DNA of 64,000 bases from sequence record PP993145.1; one strand, 5' to 3'. This document shows positions 1 to 9,458 of the stretch, piece by piece (position 1 is the stretch's first letter; each line of letters starts with the position of its first letter). The notes under the pieces are model-generated. The model made no database searches. It was not told the origin of the DNA and was given only the letters and a program-made list of their open reading frames with translations. A program made the position numbers and the translations under genes. The stretch comes from Escherichia phage phiP4.

Positions 1-12
1 ATTTCATCACGA

Positions 13-150
13 TTAAACTGCACAAAAGAACCCCCCAATCCCCACAGAAGAAACTATTCTCTTTTTAACATACTTATATGGTTTCTTTCTGCTATTAAGA
101 AGTGCAGCTCTATTTATCCTGGCTAAACGTTTTGCTTGTTCCGCTAACAT
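13..150 (-). CDS. small hypothetical protein (about 46 aa)
   Basis: ATG preceded by GGAGG-type RBS; sits directly downstream of a TTGCTA-N17-TATAAT promoter (minus strand, 155-200). Below ORF-track size cutoff. Confidence 0.3.
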   Translation of the reverse strand: MLAEQAKRLARINRAALLNSRKKPYKYVKKRIVSSVGIGGFFCAV

Positions 151-212
151 TTAATCCTCCAATCAATTTATATAACTATTATACCAAAATTTTTAGCAAA
201 AAGCAAGTAAAA

Positions 213-245
213 TAAAAGCCTGATCAGCTAAGATCAGGCTTTGTT
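213..245 (-). terminator. rho-independent terminator
   Basis: Perfect hairpin agcctgatc/gatcaggct followed on minus strand by a T-run; lies just downstream of gene 248..538. Confidence 0.6.
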
Positions 246-247
246 TA

Positions 248-538
248 TTAGTCCTCTGGATTATCATCCAGGAAATTTTTAATAGCTTCGTGCATAGTTT
301 CTTTACGAAGCTGACGTCCAATCAGAATATGATTAGCTTCTACTCGACCATTGGGTAAACGATCCGCCAGAACTACTACAGGAACTTGGCGCACACCAAA
401 TTTCTGCATTAATTCTGTATTATCAGTCTCTTTATGGATTTCCAAATTATAGTCACTGACTACTTTATCAAATACTGGCTCAAACATTTTGCAAGGGTTG
501 CAAGTGGAACCTTTCAATAGATATACTAATTTACTCAT
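248..538 (-). CDS. thioredoxin/glutaredoxin-like redoxin
   Basis: 96 aa; CNPC (CxxC) near N-terminus followed by a VPVVV segment as in the thioredoxin fold. Confidence 0.5.
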   Translation of the reverse strand: MSKLVYLLKGSTCNPCKMFEPVFDKVVSDYNLEIHKETDNTELMQKFGVRQVPVVVLADRLPNGRVEANHILIGRQLRKETMHEAIKNFLDDNPED

Positions 539-962
539 AGTTATTAATGGCCTCTAAGAAGTTTTTCATAGTTTTTACGGTTGCGGTGCTTAGATCAAGA
601 TTTACACCCAAACACTCGGTTAATGCTTCCTGATAAGGAGCCTTCAATCTGCCTTCTGGGACTTCTACCTTTTTATACTCTTTATTTTTGACCTTTTTAA
701 TCATAGTCTCTAGTACAAGAAGCGGTAATTTAGCACCTTCAATATCAGTACCCAAAAGTTCAGTTAAAATTTTATTAAGATCAAGACGAGTTAACTTTTT
801 GCCCTTAGACATAGATGCACCTACCTTTGTATCAATAGATTTTTCCGCTTTCTTTTCGAGCTTTTTGTACTCAGGAGAGTCATGATCACGGAGTGCAATG
901 TTTAGCTCGTAATGTGGTATACGAAAATGTTCCGCCATTTGAGTATAGAAACGATCAGACAT
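531..962 (-). CDS. hypothetical protein
   Basis: 143-aa ORF, ATGA overlap with downstream gene, phage-like codon usage. Confidence 0.5.
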   Translation of the reverse strand: MSDRFYTQMAEHFRIPHYELNIALRDHDSPEYKKLEKKAEKSIDTKVGASMSKGKKLTRLDLNKILTELLGTDIEGAKLPLLVLETMIKKVKNKEYKKVEVPEGRLKAPYQEALTECLGVNLDLSTATVKTMKNFLEAINNYE

Positions 963-1037
963 AATATATACCTCTCTTAACTAATTTATGTATATATTAT
1001 ATAATAACTAGGGCTAAAAGTCAACTACTTTTTTATC

Positions 1038-1454
1038 TTAATCTACTACATGTATAAATCTTTTCCTAACTAGATACATAGTTATTGGGTAAATTGAGTA
1101 CATAAGTATCGGGGAGAAAAGGGTGAAATACGCTGTAACTCCCCCAGCTAACATCAAAGGTATTAATGCTAGAGTAAGGGCCATAAGAATCATGCCGAAT
1201 GAAACAGCCAAAGCTATGGATATAGGATTCTCTAGTTCCATCCATAACCAACAATATTTCGTATCTCTATGGCAATTGCATTTACAAACGCCGAATGAAC
1301 CCATAATTATATACTCTAGTCCGTGAATAACCTTTATTAATAAGCTATTTCGGGTAGTTAATGCAAGGATAGTAAAGACTATCATTAAAACGAATACTAC
1401 TAGACTTATTTTCCAGATACCTAGCAGCATCATAGTGAATAGTTCTGCAAACAT
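1038..1454 (-). CDS. small multi-pass membrane protein
   Basis: 138 aa with several hydrophobic helices; adjacent to endolysin. Confidence 0.45.
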   Translation of the reverse strand: MFAELFTMMLLGIWKISLVVFVLMIVFTILALTTRNSLLIKVIHGLEYIIMGSFGVCKCNCHRDTKYCWLWMELENPISIALAVSFGMILMALTLALIPLMLAGGVTAYFTLFSPILMYSIYPITMYLVRKRFIHVVD

Positions 1455-1493
1455 GGCTTTCTCCTATCTTTAAAAATTATTAAAGCCCCCTTT

Positions 1494-1520
1494 GCCTAAA
1501 AAGGCGGGAATATTCCCGCC
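1494..1520 (-). terminator. rho-independent terminator
   Basis: Hairpin ggcggg-aatatt-cccgcc with T-run on minus strand, immediately downstream of endolysin stop. Confidence 0.55.
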
Positions 1521-1531
1521 TCAGTTATTAA

Positions 1532-1945
1532 TTAAACTAGTTCGACATGACCGCCATCATAGGTACCACGTTTTATTTCATCGTGGTAATCTCCCGAAGC
1601 ATTCCAATCAGCACCAAAACGAAGTTTAATGCCTAGTTCTTTACCAGCTTGTTCAAAAGCCTTTTTAACTGCCCAAAATGCTTCTAAATCATTCCAATCA
1701 ATTTTGCCATTAATGTATGGAGCAAAATCAAGGGCATCCCCAGTAATATGCTTGCTTTTACTAGGATCTTTTAAAAATGAAGTACCATTAGCAATATTCT
1801 GGGCACTTTGTGCTACTGTACGAATACCCTGTACGATTGTGAAATCATATGGAGATAATTCTAAAGCTCTACGAGCTACTTTTTGTAGCTCTGGCTTAAC
1901 GGTAGCTAATTGTTTTTCGCTATTTTTACCAAATTTAAAACTCAT
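1532..1945 (-). CDS. lys: endolysin, L-alanyl-D-glutamate peptidase (M15-type)
   Basis: 137 aa; resembles the zinc peptidase-type endolysin of T5 (same length as I recall); overlaps upstream holin-like gene by 4 nt. Confidence 0.8.
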   Translation of the reverse strand: MSFKFGKNSEKQLATVKPELQKVARRALELSPYDFTIVQGIRTVAQSAQNIANGTSFLKDPSKSKHITGDALDFAPYINGKIDWNDLEAFWAVKKAFEQAGKELGIKLRFGADWNASGDYHDEIKRGTYDGGHVELV

Positions 1946-2598
1946 ATTGATCTACCTAAAGATCTCTGTTGTGGGGAACAGAGCTTTGTTAAATACTCGT
2001 TAAATTTCTCAGAATCGGCTGCATCTACAGGATTATCTTTCCAAGCAATACCAATATATCCAGCATAGATATTGTTTAGATTGAAATACGGACAAGTGTA
2101 TATGTAATTAAAAGTAACGTTCTTAAACGCAGGTATATTTAACCCCATATATTTATTTACTTTTACACTTAAATCCGATGCGTAGTTAAAGCCTTCCAAG
2201 TGACGTCTATATAGCTCAGACGTTTTATTTACCGCTTTATCGGCCAAGTCAGCCCTATCTAATTGCGCATTGCTTTCCCATGCAATAATGTTAGAATAAT
2301 CATTAATGGCATCGGGTTTATACTTGACGACAAAAACAGCATCCGCACCCGTTTGAGAAAAGAGTACCATGCTCTTTTCTCTAGCTACATTAGGAAAGTT
2401 ATCTATCCTTTGAGTTTGAACATCCTGTAGAACCGCAGACGTGGAGAAAGTCTTTAAGAATGACATCACCTCGCTAGTATTACTAACAAATAAGAAAATA
2501 ATGACAGCAACTAAGATAGTTAGCAGACGTTTAAGAAGCGATGCTGGATCTTTCGCTTCTTGGAGCAGTACCGTTAATAATTGTAAGAACTTTTCCAA
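1942..2598 (-). CDS. holin-like membrane protein
   Basis: 218 aa with N-terminal hydrophobic segment; translationally coupled to the endolysin. Confidence 0.5.
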   Translation of the reverse strand: MEKFLQLLTVLLQEAKDPASLLKRLLTILVAVIIFLFVSNTSEVMSFLKTFSTSAVLQDVQTQRIDNFPNVAREKSMVLFSQTGADAVFVVKYKPDAINDYSNIIAWESNAQLDRADLADKAVNKTSELYRRHLEGFNYASDLSVKVNKYMGLNIPAFKNVTFNYIYTCPYFNLNNIYAGYIGIAWKDNPVDAADSEKFNEYLTKLCSPQQRSLGRSI

Positions 2599-2711
2599 TT
2601 GTAACCTCCTCTAACCAGTACCATTATACTAATTTTGGAGGAAAATTACAATGTGTTTTTAAAGATCACTTCTGGAGCATAAAATTTTGTCGTTGTCAAG
2701 AAGAATTTTAG

Positions 2712-2745
2712 ATAAAAGAAAAGCCAGGGTCGTTAAACCCTGGCT
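2712..2745 (-). terminator. rho-independent terminator
   Basis: Hairpin agccagggt/accctggct with T-run on minus strand downstream of 2755..3354. Confidence 0.55.
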
Positions 2746-2754
2746 TAAAACTAC

Positions 2755-3354
2755 TTACTCTTCTTTATGCTCCTCTGATTGAGGTAACTGGGCTTTATTA
2801 TATTGCTCAGATCGATATTTTGCCAAGATTTCAATACGCTTATGGATTTCTTTGCTATCTAGATAGATATTTTTGTTGTCTTTTACCATCTCGTCGATTT
2901 CGTCTATTGAGAAGAACGGATAGTAGACATCTAGCATCATATCTTCTACGAACTTGTTGTAAGATTCATAGGCTTTCTTGATTTCTTGACCCTTCTCACA
3001 GAATCCGCCAGAGAACGTGTGTCCCATTAGCGTAGCATGTGGATGTACTACCCACCCATGGCAGGATAAGAAAATTGTGCAGTAAGCAGAAGCACTAGGA
3101 CCAACCAGATGTCCTATAACTGTTCCACGGCAATTAGCAATTAAGTTAGATAACTGTGCAGCAGTATCAACATAACCACCCGGGCCATTAATCATCAGAT
3201 TAATTTCGTCGTCCTCATGTGCCTGCATAAGTACCATTGATAAATCACGGTATTCATCAGGTGGACCTAATTCTTCATCAAAGAAAAAGGTATACTCATT
3301 AGATTGGCGAATGGAGTGAAACAGGTTAGTCTTTTCTTCTTTTTTATTAGTCAT
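2755..3354 (-). CDS. ClpP-like serine protease (S14 family)
   Basis: 199 aa; INGPGG, GPSAS and HPHA..H segments resemble ClpP catalytic core. Confidence 0.55.
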   Translation of the reverse strand: MTNKKEEKTNLFHSIRQSNEYTFFFDEELGPPDEYRDLSMVLMQAHEDDEINLMINGPGGYVDTAAQLSNLIANCRGTVIGHLVGPSASAYCTIFLSCHGWVVHPHATLMGHTFSGGFCEKGQEIKKAYESYNKFVEDMMLDVYYPFFSIDEIDEMVKDNKNIYLDSKEIHKRIEILAKYRSEQYNKAQLPQSEEHKEE

Positions 3355-3366
3355 AGCGATCCTTGA

Positions 3367-4119
3367 TTATCCAACTAGTGGTTCTAGCTCTAAGTCACAG
3401 AAGTTATAAACTTCTAGTTTAAGGTTATTGATACCATCGAATTTATTAACTAATTCGTGAGTAATATATTTTGCAGGAATACCACTTTCAGATGGATGAT
3501 CTGATTTAATAGTGAACTTCTGCTCAGCGGGCACTACATTTACTATCAAAGAATCCATATCTAAATGGTTTGTTTCTCTGAGTAACTCTCCTTCATTGGG
3601 GAATCTAACATCTGTTATTACGGCGACATCTGGGTCGTCTTTAGCGATGGATTGCTCCAGAATTATGAGCCAAATGCGTTCATGCACCAGCTGCCTTCCT
3701 AGCTCTGTCCCTACGAGCTGTAACATTTTTCTCGGAGAAATAAATAAACTATAAAGTCCGTCTTCTTTATTCTCTGAGATAAGTTGTTGAGGATTAAGGT
3801 ATTTTTCCTCAAAAATAGGCCAAACGTACGAGAAGTCTTCAAACTTATCGATACCGTACTTAAACCATACATCTCTGGCTCGCTCCAATTGAGATTGTGT
3901 GACCGTAAACCATTGGTCAATCTCTTTTCCTCTGCGCTCTCCTAGAAACTCTGGAGTTACACCGAGGATTACGGATGCAAGTTCATAAACTGGCTTAGCA
4001 AAACTATAACGACGAGAAAAACACGTTGGATACGTGTCATTACACCAATCGATAATTAATTTTGCAACGGTATCTTTTCCCGAACCAGCTTCACCATGTA
4101 AACCGACTAATACTGACAT
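3367..4119 (-). CDS. dnk: deoxynucleoside monophosphate kinase
   Basis: 250 aa; N-terminal P-loop GEAGSGKDT as in T4 gp1 / T5 dNMP kinase. Confidence 0.65.
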   Translation of the reverse strand: MSVLVGLHGEAGSGKDTVAKLIIDWCNDTYPTCFSRRYSFAKPVYELASVILGVTPEFLGERRGKEIDQWFTVTQSQLERARDVWFKYGIDKFEDFSYVWPIFEEKYLNPQQLISENKEDGLYSLFISPRKMLQLVGTELGRQLVHERIWLIILEQSIAKDDPDVAVITDVRFPNEGELLRETNHLDMDSLIVNVVPAEQKFTIKSDHPSESGIPAKYITHELVNKFDGINNLKLEVYNFCDLELEPLVG

Positions 4120-4472
4120 TAATCTTTCCTATTGTTAATTGGTGGATAATATACTAAACAACGTTTTTCTTGCAAATCTTGACGATAGAAGCAAACCATA
4201 CTTGTCAGTCGTGAAATATATGAATATTCTGCCTCACGGCATTTTGCCAACATATTCCAATCTTTATATGGTACAACAACTACTACGCCATCTTCTCCAT
4301 TTGTAGCTAATTTCTTTTCAAACTTAAAGTCAAAGCTACAAGGTTGAAGTCCTTTAGGCCAATCTACATGAGCTGTTGGTAACTCATGTGAGGGTTCTGA
4401 CTCTATTTCTTGTGCACAGCCTGTGATTGTGATTGCGGCTGCGAGCAGTATTCCAAGTTTCCAGTTAAACAT
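4119..4472 (-). CDS. lipoprotein (candidate outer-membrane spanin)
   Basis: Signal peptide with lipobox ITGC; overlaps the upstream membrane coiled-coil gene. Confidence 0.4.
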   Translation of the reverse strand: MFNWKLGILLAAAITITGCAQEIESEPSHELPTAHVDWPKGLQPCSFDFKFEKKLATNGEDGVVVVVPYKDWNMLAKCREAEYSYISRLTSMVCFYRQDLQEKRCLVYYPPINNRKD

Positions 4473-4852
4473 GCTAATCTTTCCTCGAACTCTTTACTCT
4501 GCTTTTTAGCAATTAATGTTACCAATCCAGGCTTTGCAGCTATAATGTCTTGACGACTAAGTGCTTTATCAAGCTGACTAATTTTCTTATCTAAGTCTGC
4601 TTGAGAAATATTATTCATCGTGAAATACTGATTCATTCTAGTCTCACGAAGTTCACTTTCAGCTTTCACCTTATTAAGGGAAGTCTCTAGAGAAGAAATC
4701 TTTTTAGTAGCTACTGCAAGATCTCCCGCTAAAGTCTCCACTTTATCTACTAAGTGATAAGCACCGAATCCGATGCCTATCGCTAGACCTGCTCCCAGGA
4801 TATACCACTTACCGTGCCATATTCCTGAAAGAAGTTTTTGTATCAAATCCAT
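4403..4852 (-). CDS. membrane-anchored coiled-coil protein (candidate inner-membrane spanin)
   Basis: N-terminal TM helix then heptad-like coiled coil; 3' end overlaps lipoprotein gene. Confidence 0.4.
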   Translation of the reverse strand: MDLIQKLLSGIWHGKWYILGAGLAIGIGFGAYHLVDKVETLAGDLAVATKKISSLETSLNKVKAESELRETRMNQYFTMNNISQADLDKKISQLDKALSRQDIIAAKPGLVTLIAKKQSKEFEERLACLTGNLEYCSQPQSQSQAVHKK

Positions 4853-5507
4853 GCGCTGCTAACCTGTCTTTATCTGATACTTTAATCATATCAGGCTCAC
4901 CAGTTCCTAGTACACCGAAGATATACTGTTCGAGAACTTGGTGTAAACGGTATAAGTTACTTTCAATTTCCTGCCACGGAATACCTGACTGATGGAAACG
5001 AATGTTAGTCTGAATTACGAAGTTACGAACATCATCGTTATCGTTCTTTTTAATACCTTTCACATATGCAATCGGTACGCGCAGTTCGGATAAGATACGT
5101 TCTGCTTTAGGTTTTGCTTCAGCTAGCAGATCACGCATTGTTTCACGAACATCTCCACGACTCTTATCCATTAAGTAAGAGCGAGCATGCAATCCCATCT
5201 CTTCCATTTTATCGAACATAGTGTCGAGATTAAACGTTTTGAAGCTAAATGCTGGATGCCAGCAGTACAGCTCGTGTAACCAGTAAACTTCACCTGCAAC
5301 AAACAGTGGATTTACGAAGTATTCGAAATCACCACGGAAAGATAGTGAACCATCACGAAATACCTGGCGAGTATGCACAATGTTCTTTTCTGCATCATCG
5401 GTTACTTTAACCAGCAACTCCTCAGTTTTACGTTCCCACACACGATCTGGGTCGAACAAACTGTTCTGCAAATCATACACATCGGCGAACTTAGAAATAA
5501 TCCTCAT
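4809..5507 (-). CDS. hypothetical protein
   Basis: 232-aa ORF, no recognised motif. Confidence 0.5.
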   Translation of the reverse strand: MRIISKFADVYDLQNSLFDPDRVWERKTEELLVKVTDDAEKNIVHTRQVFRDGSLSFRGDFEYFVNPLFVAGEVYWLHELYCWHPAFSFKTFNLDTMFDKMEEMGLHARSYLMDKSRGDVRETMRDLLAEAKPKAERILSELRVPIAYVKGIKKNDNDDVRNFVIQTNIRFHQSGIPWQEIESNLYRLHQVLEQYIFGVLGTGEPDMIKVSDKDRLAAHGFDTKTSFRNMAR

Positions 5508-5580
5508 ATTTAATCCTCTTGCCTCAATCTATAAACATATTATACAAAAGTTTGGGCATCTAAGCAACTAAAATTTTATT

Positions 5581-5617
5581 ATAAAAATAGCCCAGTCGCA
5601 AAAGTGCAGGCTGGGCT
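5581..5617 (-). terminator. rho-independent terminator
   Basis: Hairpin agcccag...ctgggct with T-run on minus strand after gene 5662..6042. Confidence 0.55.
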
Positions 5618-5661
5618 TTGTCATTATTTGCTTTTGCTAGTAAGTTGATTTAGTATCAATC

Positions 5662-6042
5662 TTATGTAATATTAGTTTCTCTAGCTTTGCGTAGTACCCC
5701 TGCGTTTCTCCACAATTTGATGTCAGCAACTGTTTCTTTATATGGAGCAATGGTAGAACCAATTGGGCCAGCAACTAATAACCCAAAGAACCCTACAATA
5801 CGCATGTAGAACAAGCATTCTTTGGCTGTCATATTATTTACTGCTTTTTTCTGCTTTTCATCTTTAAACTTCTGTTCTTGATCATCAATACGTAGATACT
5901 TAATAAACCATTCAGCAGAATATTCGTCCAAATGTCTAATAATAGCTATCGCATATACAGCACCGATTAAAAACCAAGTTGTAACAAGAATTAGTAATAT
6001 AGTCATATTATCTCCAGTTATGGCTAGCAGCCACCTCACCAC
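5662..6042 (-). CDS. membrane protein
   Basis: 126 aa with two hydrophobic helices. Confidence 0.45.
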   Translation of the reverse strand: MVRWLLAITGDNMTILLILVTTWFLIGAVYAIAIIRHLDEYSAEWFIKYLRIDDQEQKFKDEKQKKAVNNMTAKECLFYMRIVGFFGLLVAGPIGSTIAPYKETVADIKLWRNAGVLRKARETNIT

Positions 6043-6116
6043 TTACCGCACTAAGGGGCACGACTCCCTTATCCGTAACAGTTGCAGGTGACGCAACTCG
6101 GTCCTACGCGAGTTCT

Positions 6117-6401
6117 TTAAGTATTCTGCATTTCAGCTTTAAATTTTTTCATATTACGAGTTTTTCTATAAAAGAAAAACACAGATGTTGGGCCTAGAAG
6201 AATATCTACAATAAATATCATAGATCTAGCACATCTGAGTAATGTTTTATCATCAAGAGGTGGCAGATCTAACGGTCGAGTTTTATGTATAACGTATAAT
6301 ATTACATCTTTATTCTTAGAAATATACAGATCATCAACCAAGCTGTAAATAGCAACCACAGATCCAATGACGAACCAAAGAGCAAATGGAGAGATAATCA
6401 T
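6117..6401 (-). CDS. small membrane protein
   Basis: 94-aa ORF, hydrophobic N-terminus. Confidence 0.4.
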   Translation of the reverse strand: MIISPFALWFVIGSVVAIYSLVDDLYISKNKDVILYVIHKTRPLDLPPLDDKTLLRCARSMIFIVDILLGPTSVFFFYRKTRNMKKFKAEMQNT

Positions 6402-6694
6402 TTCAGATCCTTTTCATTAATTAGAATATTAGTAAACAGTGGAGTAAATCCTAGACTCATAGTGGGTCCAAAGGTTTTCATAGCTACCCATAACTGCAGG
6501 GTAATCATCCCATCTTTAATCTCTGGATCTTTATATTCACCAATACGTTTTTTGGCAAAGGCAACTACATCTGGGTTATTTTTATTTTCCTGAATATAGT
6601 CATGCCAAAACTGAGTATTCTCACTACGTAGGAATGTTAAAACATCCTTAGTTGCTGGGATCTGCACTGTGCTGTTGATGTTTAGTCTTTTCAC
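6398..6694 (-). CDS. hypothetical protein
   Basis: 98-aa ORF in tightly packed minus-strand array. Confidence 0.4.
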   Translation of the reverse strand: MKRLNINSTVQIPATKDVLTFLRSENTQFWHDYIQENKNNPDVVAFAKKRIGEYKDPEIKDGMITLQLWVAMKTFGPTMSLGFTPLFTNILINEKDLK

Positions 6695-7091
6695 GTTCTT
6701 CTCTCCGACGTTTACTTTCTTTCATCATATGAGCTGCTACAACTTCATGGTAGTAGTCATTAATGTTACCTTCTGGCAAGAAATGCTTAATAGTCTCTAA
6801 CTGACAAATAACTCGATGAAGATGGTTATTTGGTAGACACAATTTTATACCTGCAACAAATCCTGAGAAGCCTGGAATACTGAACATGGGTTTGGCTTCT
6901 ACTCTACCTTCAGAGTTGATGTTAAGCTCAATTGAAATACCCATTTTCATGCTATAAAGCTGGCAATATTCTCCATTACCAGACCTTGACCAAACAGTGA
7001 AGTCCTCATCAATTTGATCTTGGATTTCTGTAATTGCAAATTTAATTCTAGGGTCTAAATTATTCATCTTCACCTTCAAAGTCGCAATCAT
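6648..7091 (-). CDS. hypothetical protein
   Basis: 147-aa ORF. Confidence 0.4.
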   Translation of the reverse strand: MIATLKVKMNNLDPRIKFAITEIQDQIDEDFTVWSRSGNGEYCQLYSMKMGISIELNINSEGRVEAKPMFSIPGFSGFVAGIKLCLPNNHLHRVICQLETIKHFLPEGNINDYYHEVVAAHMMKESKRRREEREKTKHQQHSADPSN

Positions 7092-7365
7092 AACGACAAG
7101 TAAAAGAATCAGAACTATTAGTACGTTGAGTGGTTATTTCACCGCGTTTGCTAATAGTAACGGCTGGAGTAGAGAAGTTTTTATTAGTATATATTTCTAC
7201 TTTACCATTACGTTCCTTAACATCACGAACTTTACCATACTCGGTAATAATGCCGTTCTGTTGGACTTTAACATTACCATTTTTCATAGAAACTTTGGTA
7301 GACGCCAGAGAACCGAAACTAACTGCGGAGATCATCAGTGCAATAATAAACTTATTCATCTTCAT
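7060..7365 (-). CDS. secreted small protein
   Basis: Signal-peptide-like start MKMNKFIIALMISAVSFGSLAS; upstream part of the listed ORF is probably not translated. Confidence 0.4.
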   Translation of the reverse strand: MKMNKFIIALMISAVSFGSLASTKVSMKNGNVKVQQNGIITEYGKVRDVKERNGKVEIYTNKNFSTPAVTISKRGEITTQRTNSSDSFTCRYDCDFEGEDE

Positions 7366-7633
7366 CCTCCCCACTACAATCACGACATACATCATAATCG
7401 TTGAAAGAACGTTCGTGGGCTTCACACCACCAAGAACAAGAATCACAGAGAAACATTTCGGTTTTCTCCAGTGCTTGACCTAAAAGATCATCAGCTTCCT
7501 CAGCAGTAATCTTCAATCCGCACACATCTGCCACACGTTCTTTAATTAAACGACCTGCTTCGTGGTAAGACATACAGGTTCCCGCAACATCATGTTCAAG
7601 AACATGAACAGCACAGTCTAGACGAGTTTTCAT
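7352..7633 (-). CDS. Cys-rich small protein (putative Zn-binding)
   Basis: 93 aa with CDSCSWWC and CRDC pairs. Confidence 0.4.
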   Translation of the reverse strand: MKTRLDCAVHVLEHDVAGTCMSYHEAGRLIKERVADVCGLKITAEEADDLLGQALEKTEMFLCDSCSWWCEAHERSFNDYDVCRDCSGEDEDE

Positions 7634-7709
7634 TTCAAACCTCTCTCATCAATTTATAAACATATTATAGCAAGAAAAGAGAGGTTTAGCAAATGAATTA
7701 TTTCAGAAT

Positions 7710-8057
7710 TTAGTCATAGCACCACCATAACCCACGTTTACGCATGTCATGATCGCGATTATAATCATAATTTTCTGGATCTTTCATCACGCGGTGGAGT
7801 TCTTGACGATTCCCTTGACGAACCATTTTATTAGAATGCCACTTAACATTCTTACTAATAGAATTCCAGTTATAACCATCCTTTTTCTCATTACGAATGG
7901 TTGCTTCCTTCATTTCTTTTTTGATGTCGTCCCAGGATTTGGCATAAATAACACGAATCCAGTAGCCATTTTCTTTGAGGAAAGAATATTCTTGAGAGAA
8001 TTGTTCTTTAGACTTCCACCACTGATCACCAGATTGTCTACGATAAGTACGGCTCAT
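7710..8057 (-). CDS. hypothetical protein
   Basis: 115-aa ORF. Confidence 0.4.
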   Translation of the reverse strand: MSRTYRRQSGDQWWKSKEQFSQEYSFLKENGYWIRVIYAKSWDDIKKEMKEATIRNEKKDGYNWNSISKNVKWHSNKMVRQGNRQELHRVMKDPENYDYNRDHDMRKRGLWWCYD

Positions 8058-8134
8058 ATTACCTCCATTAAGTCTTTTAAATTAACCTAATGTGGATGAA
8101 TTTTATTATACATATATTATGTACCTTTATACAG

Positions 8135-8168
8135 AAAAACCCCAGACTACTTATTCAATAGCTGGGGT
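8135..8168 (-). terminator. rho-independent terminator
   Basis: Hairpin ccccag...ctgggg with flanking T-run on minus strand after 8179..8484. Confidence 0.55.
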
Positions 8169-8178
8169 TTGTTATTAA

Positions 8179-8484
8179 TTACAGATCGGGGCGTTCATCT
8201 TCGAACGCTACGAAGCCATCAAATTCATCATTTGAAATACCACCAGTATAGGTGATGTCCGCAATCATCGCTTCCATTTTCCTGATCTCCGAGGTTTTCA
8301 TACCTGCTTTACTATTCTTATAATATTTGCGAGGGTTCCCACACATCCAACAAGAACAGATGCAAGGAGTAGTAGTGATAATACCTAACCGCTTAGGGCT
8401 TTCTTCATGTGGAAAGACTGTCCAATACTTCTTACGGTTGTTCTTCACACGTTGCCGGTGATGGCGTCTTAATGCTCGATCCAC
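8179..8484 (-). CDS. hypothetical protein, Cys-rich
   Basis: 101-aa ORF with CICSCWMC cluster. Confidence 0.4.
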   Translation of the reverse strand: MDRALRRHHRQRVKNNRKKYWTVFPHEESPKRLGIITTTPCICSCWMCGNPRKYYKNSKAGMKTSEIRKMEAMIADITYTGGISNDEFDGFVAFEDERPDL

Positions 8485-8565
8485 ACATTTCTCCTAAAAC
8501 TTGGGAGATAAACGGAGTTTGCTCGACTACCTTGCGTAGCTGGGAGAAATCGTATCCAAACCCCA

Positions 8566-8934
8566 TTACATCGCCTGAGTAAATGTACGACTAATAACGT
8601 CGTTCTGTTGTTCACGAGTCAGTGCATTAAATCGAACAGCGTAGCCAGAGACACGGATGGTCAACTGAGGATATTTTTCAGGATGTTTCTGCGCATCCAA
8701 AAGCTGATCACGGCTTAACACATTGACATTTAGGTGCTGACCACCTTCGATTTGAGGGACGACTTCCACCTTAACTTCACGGAAGGATTCAGGATCGAAT
8801 TGCGGTGTGATACCTTCTAGATCTTCAACTAGAACTTTCTGTTTAAGTTCACCGTTGTCGGAGTATAGCTGAATAATCTGATTTTCATGAACAAGGTTAA
8901 TTACGCCAGATTTAAGATTTTGATATGCTTTCAT
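8566..8934 (-). CDS. grcA: GrcA/YfiD-like autonomous glycyl radical cofactor
   Basis: 122 aa; C-terminal half closely resembles E. coli GrcA including the glycyl-radical motif RVSGYAV ([10 protein letters not shown]...[20 protein letters not shown]). Confidence 0.75.
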   Translation of the reverse strand: MKAYQNLKSGVINLVHENQIIQLYSDNGELKQKVLVEDLEGITPQFDPESFREVKVEVVPQIEGGQHLNVNVLSRDQLLDAQKHPEKYPQLTIRVSGYAVRFNALTREQQNDVISRTFTQAM

Positions 8935-8976
8935 TAGATCTCCCCGATGTTAGAATTTGGCTCAGCTTTTTATTCT

Positions 8977-9171
8977 TTATACTTTTCCATAGTATACGGA
9001 AACTGTCTTACCAGTTTGGTTCATGACATATGCTACTTCATCTTCTTTTAAAAAGATGGCTTGGTCTACTCCAACTATAGCCAATCTTTTATTTCTAGGA
9101 TTAAAGCTTACACTTTTGCCTGTATGAATCTGTTCCCCATTCTTGGCTGACATTATTTTAATTGTTAACAT
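8977..9171 (-). CDS. hypothetical protein
   Basis: 64-aa ORF. Confidence 0.35.
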   Translation of the reverse strand: MLTIKIMSAKNGEQIHTGKSVSFNPRNKRLAIVGVDQAIFLKEDEVAYVMNQTGKTVSVYYGKV

Positions 9172-9208
9172 AGCTGCTCCTAAATTTAGCTATCTCTAGC
9201 TATTTTAA

Positions 9209-9284
9209 TGGTAGTTAGTAGTGGATTTGAACCACTGTAATCGCTCCGTATGAAGGAGGTGCATAACCGCTCTGCCAACTAACT
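9209..9284 (-). tRNA. tRNA, anticodon CAU (Met-type; could be elongator Met or Ile-lysidine)
   Basis: Hand-folded cloverleaf: 7-bp acceptor, T-arm AGTGG-TTCAAAT-CCACT, anticodon loop TTCATAC, encoded CCA. Confidence 0.55.
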
Positions 9285-9380
9285 ATTATGTTTTACTAGA
9301 CTAAGTAAGTATTCTTTATACTCTTTAGTCCAATTAGCTTTTTTAAACTTTCCTGGACGCATAGTCTTAATTCCTAAATT

Positions 9381-9457
9381 TGGTACTCCGGGAGGGATTT
9401 AAACCCCCGATCTCTCGGTTATCAGCCGAGTGCTTTAGATCGCTAAGCTACCGAAGT
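9381..9457 (-). tRNA. tRNA-Ile (GAU)
   Basis: Acceptor ACTTCGG/CCGGAGT, anticodon arm CTCGG-CTGATAA-CCGAG, encoded CCA. Confidence 0.65.
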
Positions 9458-9458
9458 A

